In this document: piece after piece, positions 47,007 to 57,530 of the stretch
How the letters are laid out: each line of letters starts with the position of its first letter
How positions within the stretch are numbered: position 1 is the stretch's first letter
Made by a program: the position numbers and the translations under genes
DNA from: Prosthecobacter sp.
GTDB taxonomy: Bacteria > Verrucomicrobiota > Verrucomicrobiia > Verrucomicrobiales > Verrucomicrobiaceae
NCBI RefSeq assembly: GCF_044222565.1
Contig: NZ_JBGANA010000033.1
Span: 5,923-69,922 of the forward strand
DNA: 64,000 nucleotides
Direction: 5' to 3'
Notes under the pieces: model-generated
The model's input: the letters and a program-made list of their open reading frames with translations, nothing else
What the model was told of the DNA's origin: nothing
The model's database searches: none

Positions 47007-47480
47007 ATGGAAGACCTCGAAATCGCCCGCGCCTGCGCCCTTTACGCCGATGACAAAAAAGCGGAGAACATCCGCATTCTGGACCTGCGCGGACTCTCGC
47101 CCATCTCCGACTACTTCGTGCTCGTCACGGCTATGTCCACGCCGCAGCTGCGTGCCGTGCGGGATGAAATCGTGGAGCGGATGAAGGAAGAGCACAAGAT
47201 GCCCCCCACGGTGAAGGACGGCAATTTCGAGAGCCAGTGGATCATCCTCGTCTATGGAAGCGTGATGGTCCACATCCTCACGCCAGAGAAGCGCGAGTTT
47301 TACGCGCTGGAGGAACTGTGGGGTGATGCGCCGGAGCTTGCGCTGACTGTTGACGCCCCTGCCCCGCCACCGGAAGAGGCGAAGCCCAAGGCGGTGAAGA
47401 AGGTGACAGCCAAGAAAGCGGCTGTGAAAAAGACGGCCGCTAAGAAAGCACCCGCGAAAAAGGCGGCGAAGAAGAAGTAG
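47007..47480 (+). CDS. rsfS: Ribosome silencing factor RsfS with histone-H1-like Lys/Ala tail
   Basis: DDKKAENIRILDL...DYFVLVTAMSTPQLRAV, WIILVYGSVMVHI...REFYALEELWGDA; tail KAVKKVTAKKAAVKKTAAKKAPAKKAAKKK. Confidence 0.93.
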   Translation: MEDLEIARACALYADDKKAENIRILDLRGLSPISDYFVLVTAMSTPQLRAVRDEIVERMKEEHKMPPTVKDGNFESQWIILVYGSVMVHILTPEKREFYALEELWGDAPELALTVDAPAPPPEEAKPKAVKKVTAKKAAVKKTAAKKAPAKKAAKKK

Positions 47481-47515
47481 GGCGACGGTCTCAGCTGCGG
47501 TCTAAGATTTCGGAA

Positions 47516-47537
47516 GCAAGCGGGACGCTTGCACTAC
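47516..47537 (-). repeat. REP-like palindrome GTAGTGCAAGCGTCCCGCTTGC
   Basis: GTAG tetranucleotide followed by an imperfect hairpin GCAAGCG-TCC-CGCTTGC, between rsfS and xylF. Confidence 0.6.
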
Positions 47538-47564
47538 GGGGCTGTATTCGCTAAAACAGCGGTC

Positions 47565-48709
47565 ATGCCAGCCCGCATCCTGCTTGTTATTGTCTCCTGC
47601 GCCCTGAGCGTGGTCACCGGCCTTGTGATTGCCCGTGGGGGGGCTAACGAGGCGGAAGCACGCATGAAGACGGCTTTGTCCCATGCAACGGACTTCCTGA
47701 AGCAGCAGTCTGGGCAGGCGAAAAATGAACCAGTGTCCGTTACGGCGCAGCCGACGCAGGAGCGCCGACTCGTCATTGGCCTCTCGATGGACACGCTCAA
47801 GGAGGAACGCTGGCAGGTGGATCGGGATCTTTTCACCGCCAAGGTGCAGGCTGCTGGCGCGGAGGTGAAAGTGCAGTCCGCGAACAGCAACGACGTCATT
47901 CAGCTGCAAAACGTGGAAAGCCTGATCACGCAGAAGGTGGATGCGCTGGTGATCATTCCCCACGATGGCGCGGCGATGGCCAAGGCGGTGAATCTCGCGC
48001 ATCAGGCCGGGATTCCCGTGCTTTCCTATGACCGGCTGATCACGGGATGTGATCTGGATCTGTATCTGACTTTTGACAATGTGAAGGTTGGAGAGTTGCA
48101 GGCCAAATTTCTCGCGGATCGCATTCCCGCAGGCGGCAAGCTGAGGCTGGTCCGCATCTACGGAGCGAAGACCGACAACAACGCGAAACTGTTCAAGCAG
48201 GGGCAGGACAACATCCTGCAGCCGCTGATCGCCGCAGGCAAAGTGGAGGTCCTTTTTGAGGACTGGGCAGAGGATTGGAAACCGGAAAGCGCCAAGAAGA
48301 TCACCAATGCGGCCATCACCAAAAACGGCCCGAACTTTGACGCGATTCTGGCGAGCAACGATGGCACTGCGGGCGGTGCGATTCAGGCGCTGACGGAGGA
48401 AGGACTGGCAGGGAAGGTTATCGTCACCGGACAGGATGCCGACCTCGCTGCCTGCCAGCGCATCGCCCAAGGAACCCAGGCGATGACCGTTTACAAACCC
48501 ATCCATAGCATCGCCACCAAGGCGGCGGAGCTGGCGATAAAGCTCGCTCAAAGGAAACCGCTGGTGGCGCGGGATGCGATTTCAAACGGGCAGATCGAAG
48601 TGCCATCCGTGCTCCTGGACATTGTGTCGGTGACCAAGGAAAACTTGAGAGAGACTGTTGTGAAAGATGGTTTCCGTAAAGAGGCAGAGGTCTTCCAATC
48701 CAACCAGCC

Positions 48710-48713
<4 letters not shown>
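47565..48713 (+). CDS. xylF: D-xylose-type sugar ABC transporter substrate-binding protein
   Basis: IGLSMDTLKEERWQVDRDLF, QSANSND, YDRLI, FDNVKVGELQA, GAKTDNNAKLFKQG, ASNDGTAGG, GQDADL, TVYKPI. Confidence 0.88.
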
Positions 48714-50221
<1,508 letters not shown>

Positions 50222-50278
50222 TTCTTTTGAAAAGCAGCCCTCTTTTCCACGTTCGACATCCAGTCTTTTCCAACCACC

Positions 50279-51883
50279 ATGATCCGTTCCCTTCTTGCCA
50301 CACTCCTGCTGGCGTCCGCAGCCAGCGCTGCGCAGCAGCCGCCCAACATCGTCTTCATCTTCTGCGATGACCTGGCCTATCAGGCCATCAGCTGCTATGG
50401 AGACCACCGCAAGCTGCTGGACACGCCGAACATGGACCGCCTGGCCAAGGAAGGGATGCGTTTTGACCGCTGTCTGGTGACGAACTCCATCTGTGGCCCG
50501 AGCCGTGCGGTGATCCAGACGGGCAAGTACTCGCATGCCAACGGATTCTACAACAACAGCAACAGCAAGTTTGACAGCAGCCAGCCCACCTTCCCAAAGG
50601 TGATGCATGAGCATGGCTACCAGATGGCCATGATCGGAAAATGGCATCTCATGACCGATCCTGTGGGCTATGACTACTGGCATGTACTTCCCGGCCAAGG
50701 CGCTTACTACAATCCGCCAATGATCGACAACGGCAAGAACGTGAAGCACGAGGGCTATGTGACCGACATCATCGGCGATATCACGCTCGACTGGCTGAAG
50801 CAGCGCGACAAAACAAAGCCTTTCATGATGATGTGCCAGCACAAAGCTCCGCACCGCGAGTGGGAGCCGCCGGTGCGCTACCTGGGCTTTGACAAAGACC
50901 GCGTGTACGAAGAGCCTGAAACGCTCTTTGACAGCTACTCCGGCCGCAGCAAGGCCGTGAGCGACCACGACATGGGCATTGACCGCACGATGACGGATCG
51001 CGACACAAAGCTGGTGGTCCCGGGCAATTTGAACGAAGAGCAGAAGAAAGCCTGGAATGCCTACTACGAGCCCCGCAACGCAAAATACCGCGAAGCAGCC
51101 CCCGCAGGCCGCGATCTGGTGAAATGGCGCTACCAGCGCTACATGCACGACTACCTCGCCTGCGTGAAGGCGGTGGATGACAACGTGGGCCGTGTGCTGG
51201 ACTACCTGGACAAGGAAGGGCTCACGGAAAATACGGTGGTGATGCTGAGCAGCGACCAGGGCTTCTACCTTGGCGAACATGGCTGGTTTGACAAACGCTG
51301 GATCTTTGAGGAATCCCTGCGCACGCCATTCCTCGTTCGCTGGCCTGGAGTGATCAAGCCCGGCAGCACGAGCAGCAAGATTGTGAGCCTGATCGATTTT
51401 GCCAGCACCTTCCTGGACATCGCCCAGTGCCCGAATCTGCCGGATGTACATGGCCGCAGCCTGGTGCCGATTTTTAAAGGCGAGACCCCGGCGGACTGGC
51501 GCAAGTCCTTGTACTATCACTACTATGAGTACCCCGTGCCGCACCATGTGCGCCCGCACTACGGGGTGATCACGGACCGCTACAAGCTCATCCACTACTA
51601 CACGCCGGATGTGGATGACTGGGAGCTGATGGACCGTGAGAAGGATCCGCTGGAGGTGAAGAGCTTCTACAGTGATCCTGCGTACGCCGACACCGTGAAG
51701 GAATTGAAGGCCGAAATCGTGCGCCTGCAGGCGGAGGTGAAGGAGACGGTGCCGCCGCCACGCTTCACGCACGGGAACAAGGCGTTTGATGGAGAGAAGA
51801 ACCCGCCGACGCAGGAGCAGCCAAAGGGCCAGGGAGCGGGCAAAGGAAAGGGCAAGGGTGGTGGGAAGAAGAAGGCGGAATAG
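50279..51883 (+). CDS. Exported formylglycine-dependent sulfatase (S1)
   Basis: PNIVFIFCDD, NSICGPSRA (CxPxR), IGKWHL, SDQGFYLGEHG.FDKRW.FEESLR.PF. Confidence 0.95.
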   Translation: MIRSLLATLLLASAASAAQQPPNIVFIFCDDLAYQAISCYGDHRKLLDTPNMDRLAKEGMRFDRCLVTNSICGPSRAVIQTGKYSHANGFYNNSNSKFDSSQPTFPKVMHEHGYQMAMIGKWHLMTDPVGYDYWHVLPGQGAYYNPPMIDNGKNVKHEGYVTDIIGDITLDWLKQRDKTKPFMMMCQHKAPHREWEPPVRYLGFDKDRVYEEPETLFDSYSGRSKAVSDHDMGIDRTMTDRDTKLVVPGNLNEEQKKAWNAYYEPRNAKYREAAPAGRDLVKWRYQRYMHDYLACVKAVDDNVGRVLDYLDKEGLTENTVVMLSSDQGFYLGEHGWFDKRWIFEESLRTPFLVRWPGVIKPGSTSSKIVSLIDFASTFLDIAQCPNLPDVHGRSLVPIFKGETPADWRKSLYYHYYEYPVPHHVRPHYGVITDRYKLIHYYTPDVDDWELMDREKDPLEVKSFYSDPAYADTVKELKAEIVRLQAEVKETVPPPRFTHGNKAFDGEKNPPTQEQPKGQGAGKGKGKGGGKKKAE

Positions 51884-51947
51884 GAGGTCGGGACTTGAAC
51901 GCCTGGCACGGGACAGCCCACCCATCTATCTTTCTGCCTACCTCACC

Positions 51948-52484
51948 CTACAACTTCACCCGTTTCGGCATCGACGGGCACAACGCTGACGCCTTCGCAG
52001 CGGATGCCTCGCTGCCTTTGAGGAAGAAGTGCAGCGCTCCCTTCTGGTCGCAGAACCAAACCTCTTCTGCGCCCGCAGCGAAGTAAAGCTCACGCTTGTT
52101 CTCCATCTCCTGCCGGGTATTTCCCGGCGATACGACTTCGACGCAAATCTCCGGCGCGATTGTCAGCACGTCATCTTTCAACCCCCGTTTTACGCGCCCC
52201 CCTGAGATCCAGGCCACGTCGATGCCTTTAATTCCGTCTTCGGTGAGCACCGCCACCTCAACACTTGCGCCCGGAGGCATGGATGTCATCAAGTGAGCAA
52301 AAATCGCCGATTGACGAGTGGTGTGTGAAAAGCCAGGTGGCTGCATCAAGACGATGTGTCCGTAGCGGTTGGTTTCGATGCGGTTCGGCAGTCGTTGCAG
52401 GCTGGGATTGGCGCACACTTTTCTCCAGCGCTCCAGATGGAACGCAGTCGCATTCTTAATGCTGGGGATCTGAAGCAGCGCCAT
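51948..52484 (-). CDS. Uma2 family (DUF820) putative endonuclease
   Basis: RIETNRYGHIVL, DVAW, IAPEICVEVVSPGNTRQEMENKRELYFAAGAEEVW. Confidence 0.88.
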   Translation of the reverse strand: MALLQIPSIKNATAFHLERWRKVCANPSLQRLPNRIETNRYGHIVLMQPPGFSHTTRQSAIFAHLMTSMPPGASVEVAVLTEDGIKGIDVAWISGGRVKRGLKDDVLTIAPEICVEVVSPGNTRQEMENKRELYFAAGAEEVWFCDQKGALHFFLKGSEASAAKASALCPSMPKRVKL

Positions 52485-52517
52485 GACGATGGATGACAGG
52501 AGATCGCGGACGTGCCT

Positions 52518-53810
52518 TCAACCCGAAACTTCGGCGGAGGAAATGTCCAGCACATGGTTGTGCTGAGTTTGCCGCCACATCGTCTTGCTCACATACCACT
52601 CGACGAGTTGCGGGCCGCAGAAGACCCAGATCGTGGCGCCGAGGGCCAGGTAGGGGCCGAAGGGGATCTTGGCGCTCCATTCGGCTTTGCCGAGCAGGCG
52701 TGGCACCATGGCAAACAGAGTACCGATCATGGAAGCGGCAAAGATGGTAAAAAGCACAGACTGCCAGCCGCAGAAGGAGCCGATCATCATCAGGAAAAGC
52801 ACGTCGCCAAATCCCATGGCTTCGCGTGGAATGACCACCTCGGAGACGATGCCGTGAAGGGTGGTCACCCCCTCCAGCGGAAAGTCCTCGCTGCTGTCGT
52901 TTGATTTCACACGCAGTTTGTCATGCCACATTTCTGCTGTGACGCTCTTCCAGCTGCGGTCGTTTACCTGCAGCTCGTCACAGGTGATGACCATGCGGTC
53001 GCTCTCACGTCCGTAGATGTCGCCCCAGTCCATTTTTTTCTTGGCGAAGGACACGACAGGAGGCTCGTCGTCCTTCACTTGATCGACGCTCCACTTGACG
53101 GAGTTGTCCAGCCACTCGCAGCCCATGAATTTGCCCACCAGCCAGCAGACGGAGGGAGAGGCCGACTTTAAATAGCCCGGCTTCTGCCGGTGATGCACCT
53201 TGCCAAAGGCCAGCTTGCCCAGCTCCACGATGATCCACAAAAGGCCGAGGCCGAGGGCAGCACTGGCAAGTGAGATGTAGAGGCCGCGCAGATGGGTGGT
53301 CTCCCCCACCAGCCCAGGCACCCAGAAGGAAGCCAGCAGGCCCACTGCCGCCCCGCCGATGGTGATCGAATGCGGCAGAATGAAGTGGTCGATGTCGATG
53401 AAGGTGCCGGAGATCAGCAGGCTGATAAAGATCCAGAGGCAGAGCACTTGCGGCCCCCATTCCTTGATTTTCGGCCAGGGATCGCCGCCCACGGCGTAGT
53501 CACCGCTAATCTTGAGAAAGACCATGTAAAACATCACACCGGTGAGCAGTTCCACAAGGAAGTAGCGGATGGATATCCTTGATTTGCAGTTCGCGCATCT
53601 GCCCCGCAGCAGCAGCCAGCTGAGCAGCGGAATGTTTTGCCACATGGGGATCTGGTAGCCGCAAGAGGGGCAGAAGCTGCGCTTGGGATTGTTCACCGAC
53701 TTTCCTTCCAATGGCAGGCGGTAGATGACCACATTGAGGAAGGAACCGATGCCTGCGCCCATGTAAAAGGCCAGAAGGTGCAGCAGGGTGTTGAGAATTT
53801 GAAAGCGCAT
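52518..53810 (-). CDS. pilD: Prepilin peptidase (A24) with a large internal insertion
   Basis: GSFLNVVIYRLP, RSFCPSC..QI.MWQNIPLLSWLLLRGRCANC, IDIDHFILP, AMGFGDV, IPFGPYLA. Confidence 0.92.
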   Translation of the reverse strand: MRFQILNTLLHLLAFYMGAGIGSFLNVVIYRLPLEGKSVNNPKRSFCPSCGYQIPMWQNIPLLSWLLLRGRCANCKSRISIRYFLVELLTGVMFYMVFLKISGDYAVGGDPWPKIKEWGPQVLCLWIFISLLISGTFIDIDHFILPHSITIGGAAVGLLASFWVPGLVGETTHLRGLYISLASAALGLGLLWIIVELGKLAFGKVHHRQKPGYLKSASPSVCWLVGKFMGCEWLDNSVKWSVDQVKDDEPPVVSFAKKKMDWGDIYGRESDRMVITCDELQVNDRSWKSVTAEMWHDKLRVKSNDSSEDFPLEGVTTLHGIVSEVVIPREAMGFGDVLFLMMIGSFCGWQSVLFTIFAASMIGTLFAMVPRLLGKAEWSAKIPFGPYLALGATIWVFCGPQLVEWYVSKTMWRQTQHNHVLDISSAEVSG

Positions 53811-53873
53811 GGATGGTGGCTGAGTTTGCAAACTTCGCCTGCCGTGCGTGAATACGGAAGAAAAAAATTCCGC

Positions 53874-54584
53874 ATGTCTTCAGATTCCTGGCGCCGCCTG
53901 CGCATCTTTTGTCTTTCCTTGGCCCTGCTCCAGGCAGGCGGTTCCTGTGCTCATCAGGCTTCGGGAGGCACCCGCCTGCTGTCCGGCGATCCCGTGGAGG
54001 CGGCCAAGAAATACAATCTGGTGGATGTGCGCAAGGCGGTCCCCGGCATCTCGATCGACCTGCGCTACGCCACTTCTCAAAACATCACCGGCCAGCCCAT
54101 CTATCCCGCCAACATGCCCTGCCTGCTGCGGGCTGAAACGGCGGCCAAGCTCAAAAAAGCCCAGGAGCTTCTGCGTCCACAGGGTTACGCCCTGCGTGTC
54201 TGGGATGCCTACCGCCCGCCTGAGGCCCAGGAGACGCTGCACAAGCACGGCAGCAGCACGGGCATGTTTCTCTCTCCAAACACCGGCTGGAGCCGTCACT
54301 GCGGGGGCATCGCGGTGGATCTTACTCTCATCGACCTTCAGGGAAACGAGCAGCGCATGCCCACGGGATTTGACCAGGACTTCGCGCATGCGAGCATCAA
54401 CTACCGGGGAAACGATCCCCAGGTGGCGCAAAGCATGCGGATTCTTCAGACCGCCATGAAGCAGGCCGGATTCATTCAATTGGAGACCGAGTGGTGGCAC
54501 TTTGATGACGCAGACTACCTCACTGATCCCCAGCCTGTCATCTATGGCTGGCGGCTCGCTCTTCCCGGGATGGCACCGCCGTGA
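53874..54584 (+). CDS. D-alanyl-D-alanine dipeptidase (M15D/DdpX-like), exported
   Basis: DLRYATSQNITG, LRVWDAYRP, SRHCGGIAVDLTL, MPTGFD, ETEWWHF. Confidence 0.9.
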   Translation: MSSDSWRRLRIFCLSLALLQAGGSCAHQASGGTRLLSGDPVEAAKKYNLVDVRKAVPGISIDLRYATSQNITGQPIYPANMPCLLRAETAAKLKKAQELLRPQGYALRVWDAYRPPEAQETLHKHGSSTGMFLSPNTGWSRHCGGIAVDLTLIDLQGNEQRMPTGFDQDFAHASINYRGNDPQVAQSMRILQTAMKQAGFIQLETEWWHFDDADYLTDPQPVIYGWRLALPGMAPP

Positions 54585-55318
54585 GCATTCGTAACAACGC
54601 CACCTTCACCGTCATCGACGAGACGGACGGCTACATCGTCGTCAACAAGCCTGCGCCGCTGCAAATCCATCCGGGAGATCCCAAGGGCCCGCCCACGCTG
54701 TGGCATCGTGTGTGTGACTTGCTCTCCTACGAAATCGCAAACGGCGGGCAGGTTTCCATCATCAACCGCCTCGACCGCGAAACTAGCGGTGTGGTGCTCA
54801 TCGCCAAAAACCATGAACTGGCGCGGCTCTTTGGCATGGCGATGCAGGAGCGCAAGATTCACAAGACCTACGAGGCCCTGGTGCATGGCTGGCCGGCCTG
54901 GGACGAGCAGACACTGGATGCGCCCATCTTGAACGCGCGCGATGTGCAGGCCTATGACATTTGGGTAAAGCAGATTGTGCACCCGCAGGGCGCGGAGTGC
55001 CGGACGGGCTTTCGTACCCTTAAGCGGTTTGAACGCCACGGGGAGAAGTTCGCGCTGGTCGAAGCAAAGCCGGAAACGGGCCGCATGCATCAGATCCGCG
55101 TGCATCTGCACCATCTCGGACTGCCTATTGTGGGGGATAAATTGTATGGGCGTGATGACCGGTGTTACCTGGAGTTTATCGAGACGGGGTGGACGGAGGC
55201 GCTGGAGAAAAAGCTCATTCTGCCACGGCAGGCGCTGCATTCATCGCGGCTGGAGCTGAATCTGGAAGGTTTTCCACCGCATTGGGATGCACCTGTGCCA
55301 GAGGAGTTTTGCCTTTAG
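54581..55318 (+). CDS. RluA-family pseudouridine synthase
   Basis: VVNKPAPL, INRLDRETSGVVL, YEALVHG, PETGRMHQIRVHL..LG.PIVGDKLYG, RQALHS. Confidence 0.93.
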   Translation: MSIRNNATFTVIDETDGYIVVNKPAPLQIHPGDPKGPPTLWHRVCDLLSYEIANGGQVSIINRLDRETSGVVLIAKNHELARLFGMAMQERKIHKTYEALVHGWPAWDEQTLDAPILNARDVQAYDIWVKQIVHPQGAECRTGFRTLKRFERHGEKFALVEAKPETGRMHQIRVHLHHLGLPIVGDKLYGRDDRCYLEFIETGWTEALEKKLILPRQALHSSRLELNLEGFPPHWDAPVPEEFCL

Positions 55319-55349
55319 CCTGATCAGAACCGGCTAAAGCCTGGACTAC
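55313..55349. repeat. REP-like element (CTTTAGCC...GGCTAAAG-CCTGGACTAC) between convergent genes
   Basis: 8-bp hairpin plus a GTAG end on the minus strand; related half-site at 56147-56164. Confidence 0.55.
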
Positions 55350-55361
55350 CATACCCAAACC

Positions 55362-56042
55362 TCATGCCCAGCGGCGCACGCGGCTGTCGAGCTGGAAGAC
55401 CTGCCCGCTGATGTTTTCCATGCTGTGCAGGAAGGCGATGAAGCGGGCGACTTCGTGAGGAGTGTTGAGGCGGCCGAGTGCGTGCTGGCCGAGCAAGTTC
55501 CCGCGCCATGCGGCATCCGCCAGCAGATGGCGGGTCATCTTGGTTTCAAGGAAGCCCGGGAGGATGCAGTTGGCGCGGATGTTTCGAAGTCCGTATTCTT
55601 TGGCGGTGCTTTGGGTGAGGCCGATCAGGCCTGCTTTGGCGGCGGCATAATTTCCCTGGCCTGCGGGACCCCTCAGGGCGGAGTAGGAGCCGATGTTAAC
55701 GATGTGGCCGTGGCGTTGTTTTGACATGAGCTTCACCGCGGCTTGGGAAACGAGGAAGGCCCCTTTGAGATTCACATCGAGAACTTGATCGAACTGATGC
55801 TCGGTCATTTTGGCAACCGAGACGTCATGGCAGATGCCGGCGTTGTTAATGAGGAGATCGAGGCGTGTGAGCGCGGAGATACAGGCACGAACGGAGTGGG
55901 CGCTGGTGACGTCCAGGGCATCGCGCCCGGGAGACAGAACCGTGAAACCCGCGTGCTCAAGCTCGGCTCTGATGCCCCGCGCCAAATCGCCTTCCCCGCC
56001 GGTGATGAGGGCAGTGGGGGATGGTGCGGAGGACGTTGGCAT
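55362..56042 (-). CDS. Short-chain dehydrogenase/reductase, FabG-like
   Basis: ITGGEGDLARG, LINNAGI, VNLKG, NIGS, GQGNYAAAKAG (YxxxK), PGFLETKMT. Confidence 0.9.
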   Translation of the reverse strand: MPTSSAPSPTALITGGEGDLARGIRAELEHAGFTVLSPGRDALDVTSAHSVRACISALTRLDLLINNAGICHDVSVAKMTEHQFDQVLDVNLKGAFLVSQAAVKLMSKQRHGHIVNIGSYSALRGPAGQGNYAAAKAGLIGLTQSTAKEYGLRNIRANCILPGFLETKMTRHLLADAAWRGNLLGQHALGRLNTPHEVARFIAFLHSMENISGQVFQLDSRVRRWA

Positions 56043-56146
56043 GCGTGGTAATGGGCCAAGAATCCAGGCGATGGCAATGTCTTCATCCTCCAGATTTCAA
56101 GGGGGATGCAGCTCGCTCTGGGAGGCATGAAAGCGACCCAGAACGA

Positions 56147-56164
56147 GCTAAAGCTCTGAACTAC
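56147..56164 (-). repeat. REP-like half-site GCTAAAGCTCTGAACTAC
   Basis: Similar to GCTAAAGCCTGGACTAC at 55333-55349. Confidence 0.45.
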
Positions 56165-56168
56165 TTTC

Positions 56169-57296
56169 TCAGCCCAGCGTGAATGCCGGCAGCTTCACGA
56201 TCTTGCCACCTGCCATGGCGGACTGATGTGCGCAGAGGCCCACGCAGGTCCAGTTGGCGGACTGAGTGGCGTTCGGAAAGGGCTGGCGCTTTTCAGCGAG
56301 GGCATTCGCAAACTCGTTGGCAAGATGAGGATGGCTGCCACCATGGCCGCTGCCCTGGGTGAAGCTGAGATGCGTCTTCTTGCCGAGATCATACACGCCC
56401 TTTGTGGTGAAGCGCTGGATCGGCCTGGGCAGGCGTTTGGCAAAATCGGGTGTCTTGATCAATTTCGGGATCTTGTGCTCGGGCAGTTTGGCGCGGTGCA
56501 GGACGAGCGGCTCATGCTCGATGAGCGGCCATTCGATGGAGGCTTTGTCACCATAGACGTCGATGCTTTCACGATACTGGCGGGCGGTGTCAAACAGACT
56601 GCGGATGATGCGGGCGTTCACATCGGTACCTTTAAATTTGATGTGCGCAGTCTCGACAGCAAAGGGGGAGCCGTAACATTTTTGCAATTCTTTGCGCACC
56701 GTGCCGGAACCAAAGCAGCTCACGTATTCGGCGGGCTTGCCGATCATGCCGGCCACGGGGCCGACGCAGTGGGTGGCGTACCACATCGGCGGCAGGCCGG
56801 GCCAGTAGTTCGGCCAGCCGTCCATGTCCTGCTGGTGGGAGGCCTGCACGAACTGCAGCTTGCCCAGCTTGCCTTGATCGAGCTGCTCCTTCATGAAGAG
56901 GTACTCGCGTGCATAGACGACGGTCTCCATCATCATGTACTTAAGGCCGGTCTTCTTGACGAGATCGCAGATCTTTTTGCAGTCTTCGATGCTGGTGGCC
57001 ATCGGTACGGTGCAGGCCACGTGCTTGCCCGCTTTGAGCGCCTCGATGCTCATCCATCCATGATCAGGAATGGGGGAGTTGATGTGCACGGCGTCGATGT
57101 TCGGATCCTTGAGCATCGCCTTGAAATCCGTATAGCGCACGTCCACATCGAAGGCATCACCGATGGTGTTGAGCTTCTTCTCATCGCGCTGGCAGATGGC
57201 GTAGCAGGTGGTCAGCGGGTGGCGCTGCCAGATGGGTATGAATTCCGCCCCGAAACCGAGGCCTACGACGGCGATGTTGAGCTTTTTGTCTGACAT
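56169..57296 (-). CDS. Gfo/Idh/MocA family oxidoreductase
   Basis: IAVVGLGFGAEF, IDAVHINSP, GKHVACTVPMA, YATHCV.P; ATG 57296. Confidence 0.9.
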   Translation of the reverse strand: MSDKKLNIAVVGLGFGAEFIPIWQRHPLTTCYAICQRDEKKLNTIGDAFDVDVRYTDFKAMLKDPNIDAVHINSPIPDHGWMSIEALKAGKHVACTVPMATSIEDCKKICDLVKKTGLKYMMMETVVYAREYLFMKEQLDQGKLGKLQFVQASHQQDMDGWPNYWPGLPPMWYATHCVGPVAGMIGKPAEYVSCFGSGTVRKELQKCYGSPFAVETAHIKFKGTDVNARIIRSLFDTARQYRESIDVYGDKASIEWPLIEHEPLVLHRAKLPEHKIPKLIKTPDFAKRLPRPIQRFTTKGVYDLGKKTHLSFTQGSGHGGSHPHLANEFANALAEKRQPFPNATQSANWTCVGLCAHQSAMAGGKIVKLPAFTLG

Positions 57297-57393
57297 GATG
57301 TTTGGTAGGATGACGCGGCTGTTATAGGCGGGAACGGCGGGAAATGGGAAGGACAAAGTTTAGGAGGAATCGGACGGAGAGGGCCGCTGCGCG

Positions 57394-57525
57394 GCGTTTG
57401 CAGTTGTTTGCAATGGCTGAGGGCTTGCTGCGCAAGCGTTTGCAGTTGTTGGAAGAGAGTTCCGCTTCTGGTCCATCTGACAACCATTGCAAACCATCGC
57501 AAACCACTGCAAACAATCGCCAACC
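57394..57525. repeat. Inverted tandem-decamer element between divergent genes
   Basis: Left arms GCGTTTGCAGTTGTT x2 (57394, 57436); right arm caaccattgc-aaaccatcgc-aaaccactgc-aaacaatcgc-caacc (57481-57525), the reverse complement of the same GTTTGCRRTK unit. Confidence 0.85.
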
Positions 57526-57530
57526 CTCCA

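Noticed and set aside
51948-52484. Uma2 gene as a defence system
   Set aside because: Solitary, with no methylase or partner genes; Uma2 paralogs are commonly scattered in such genomes
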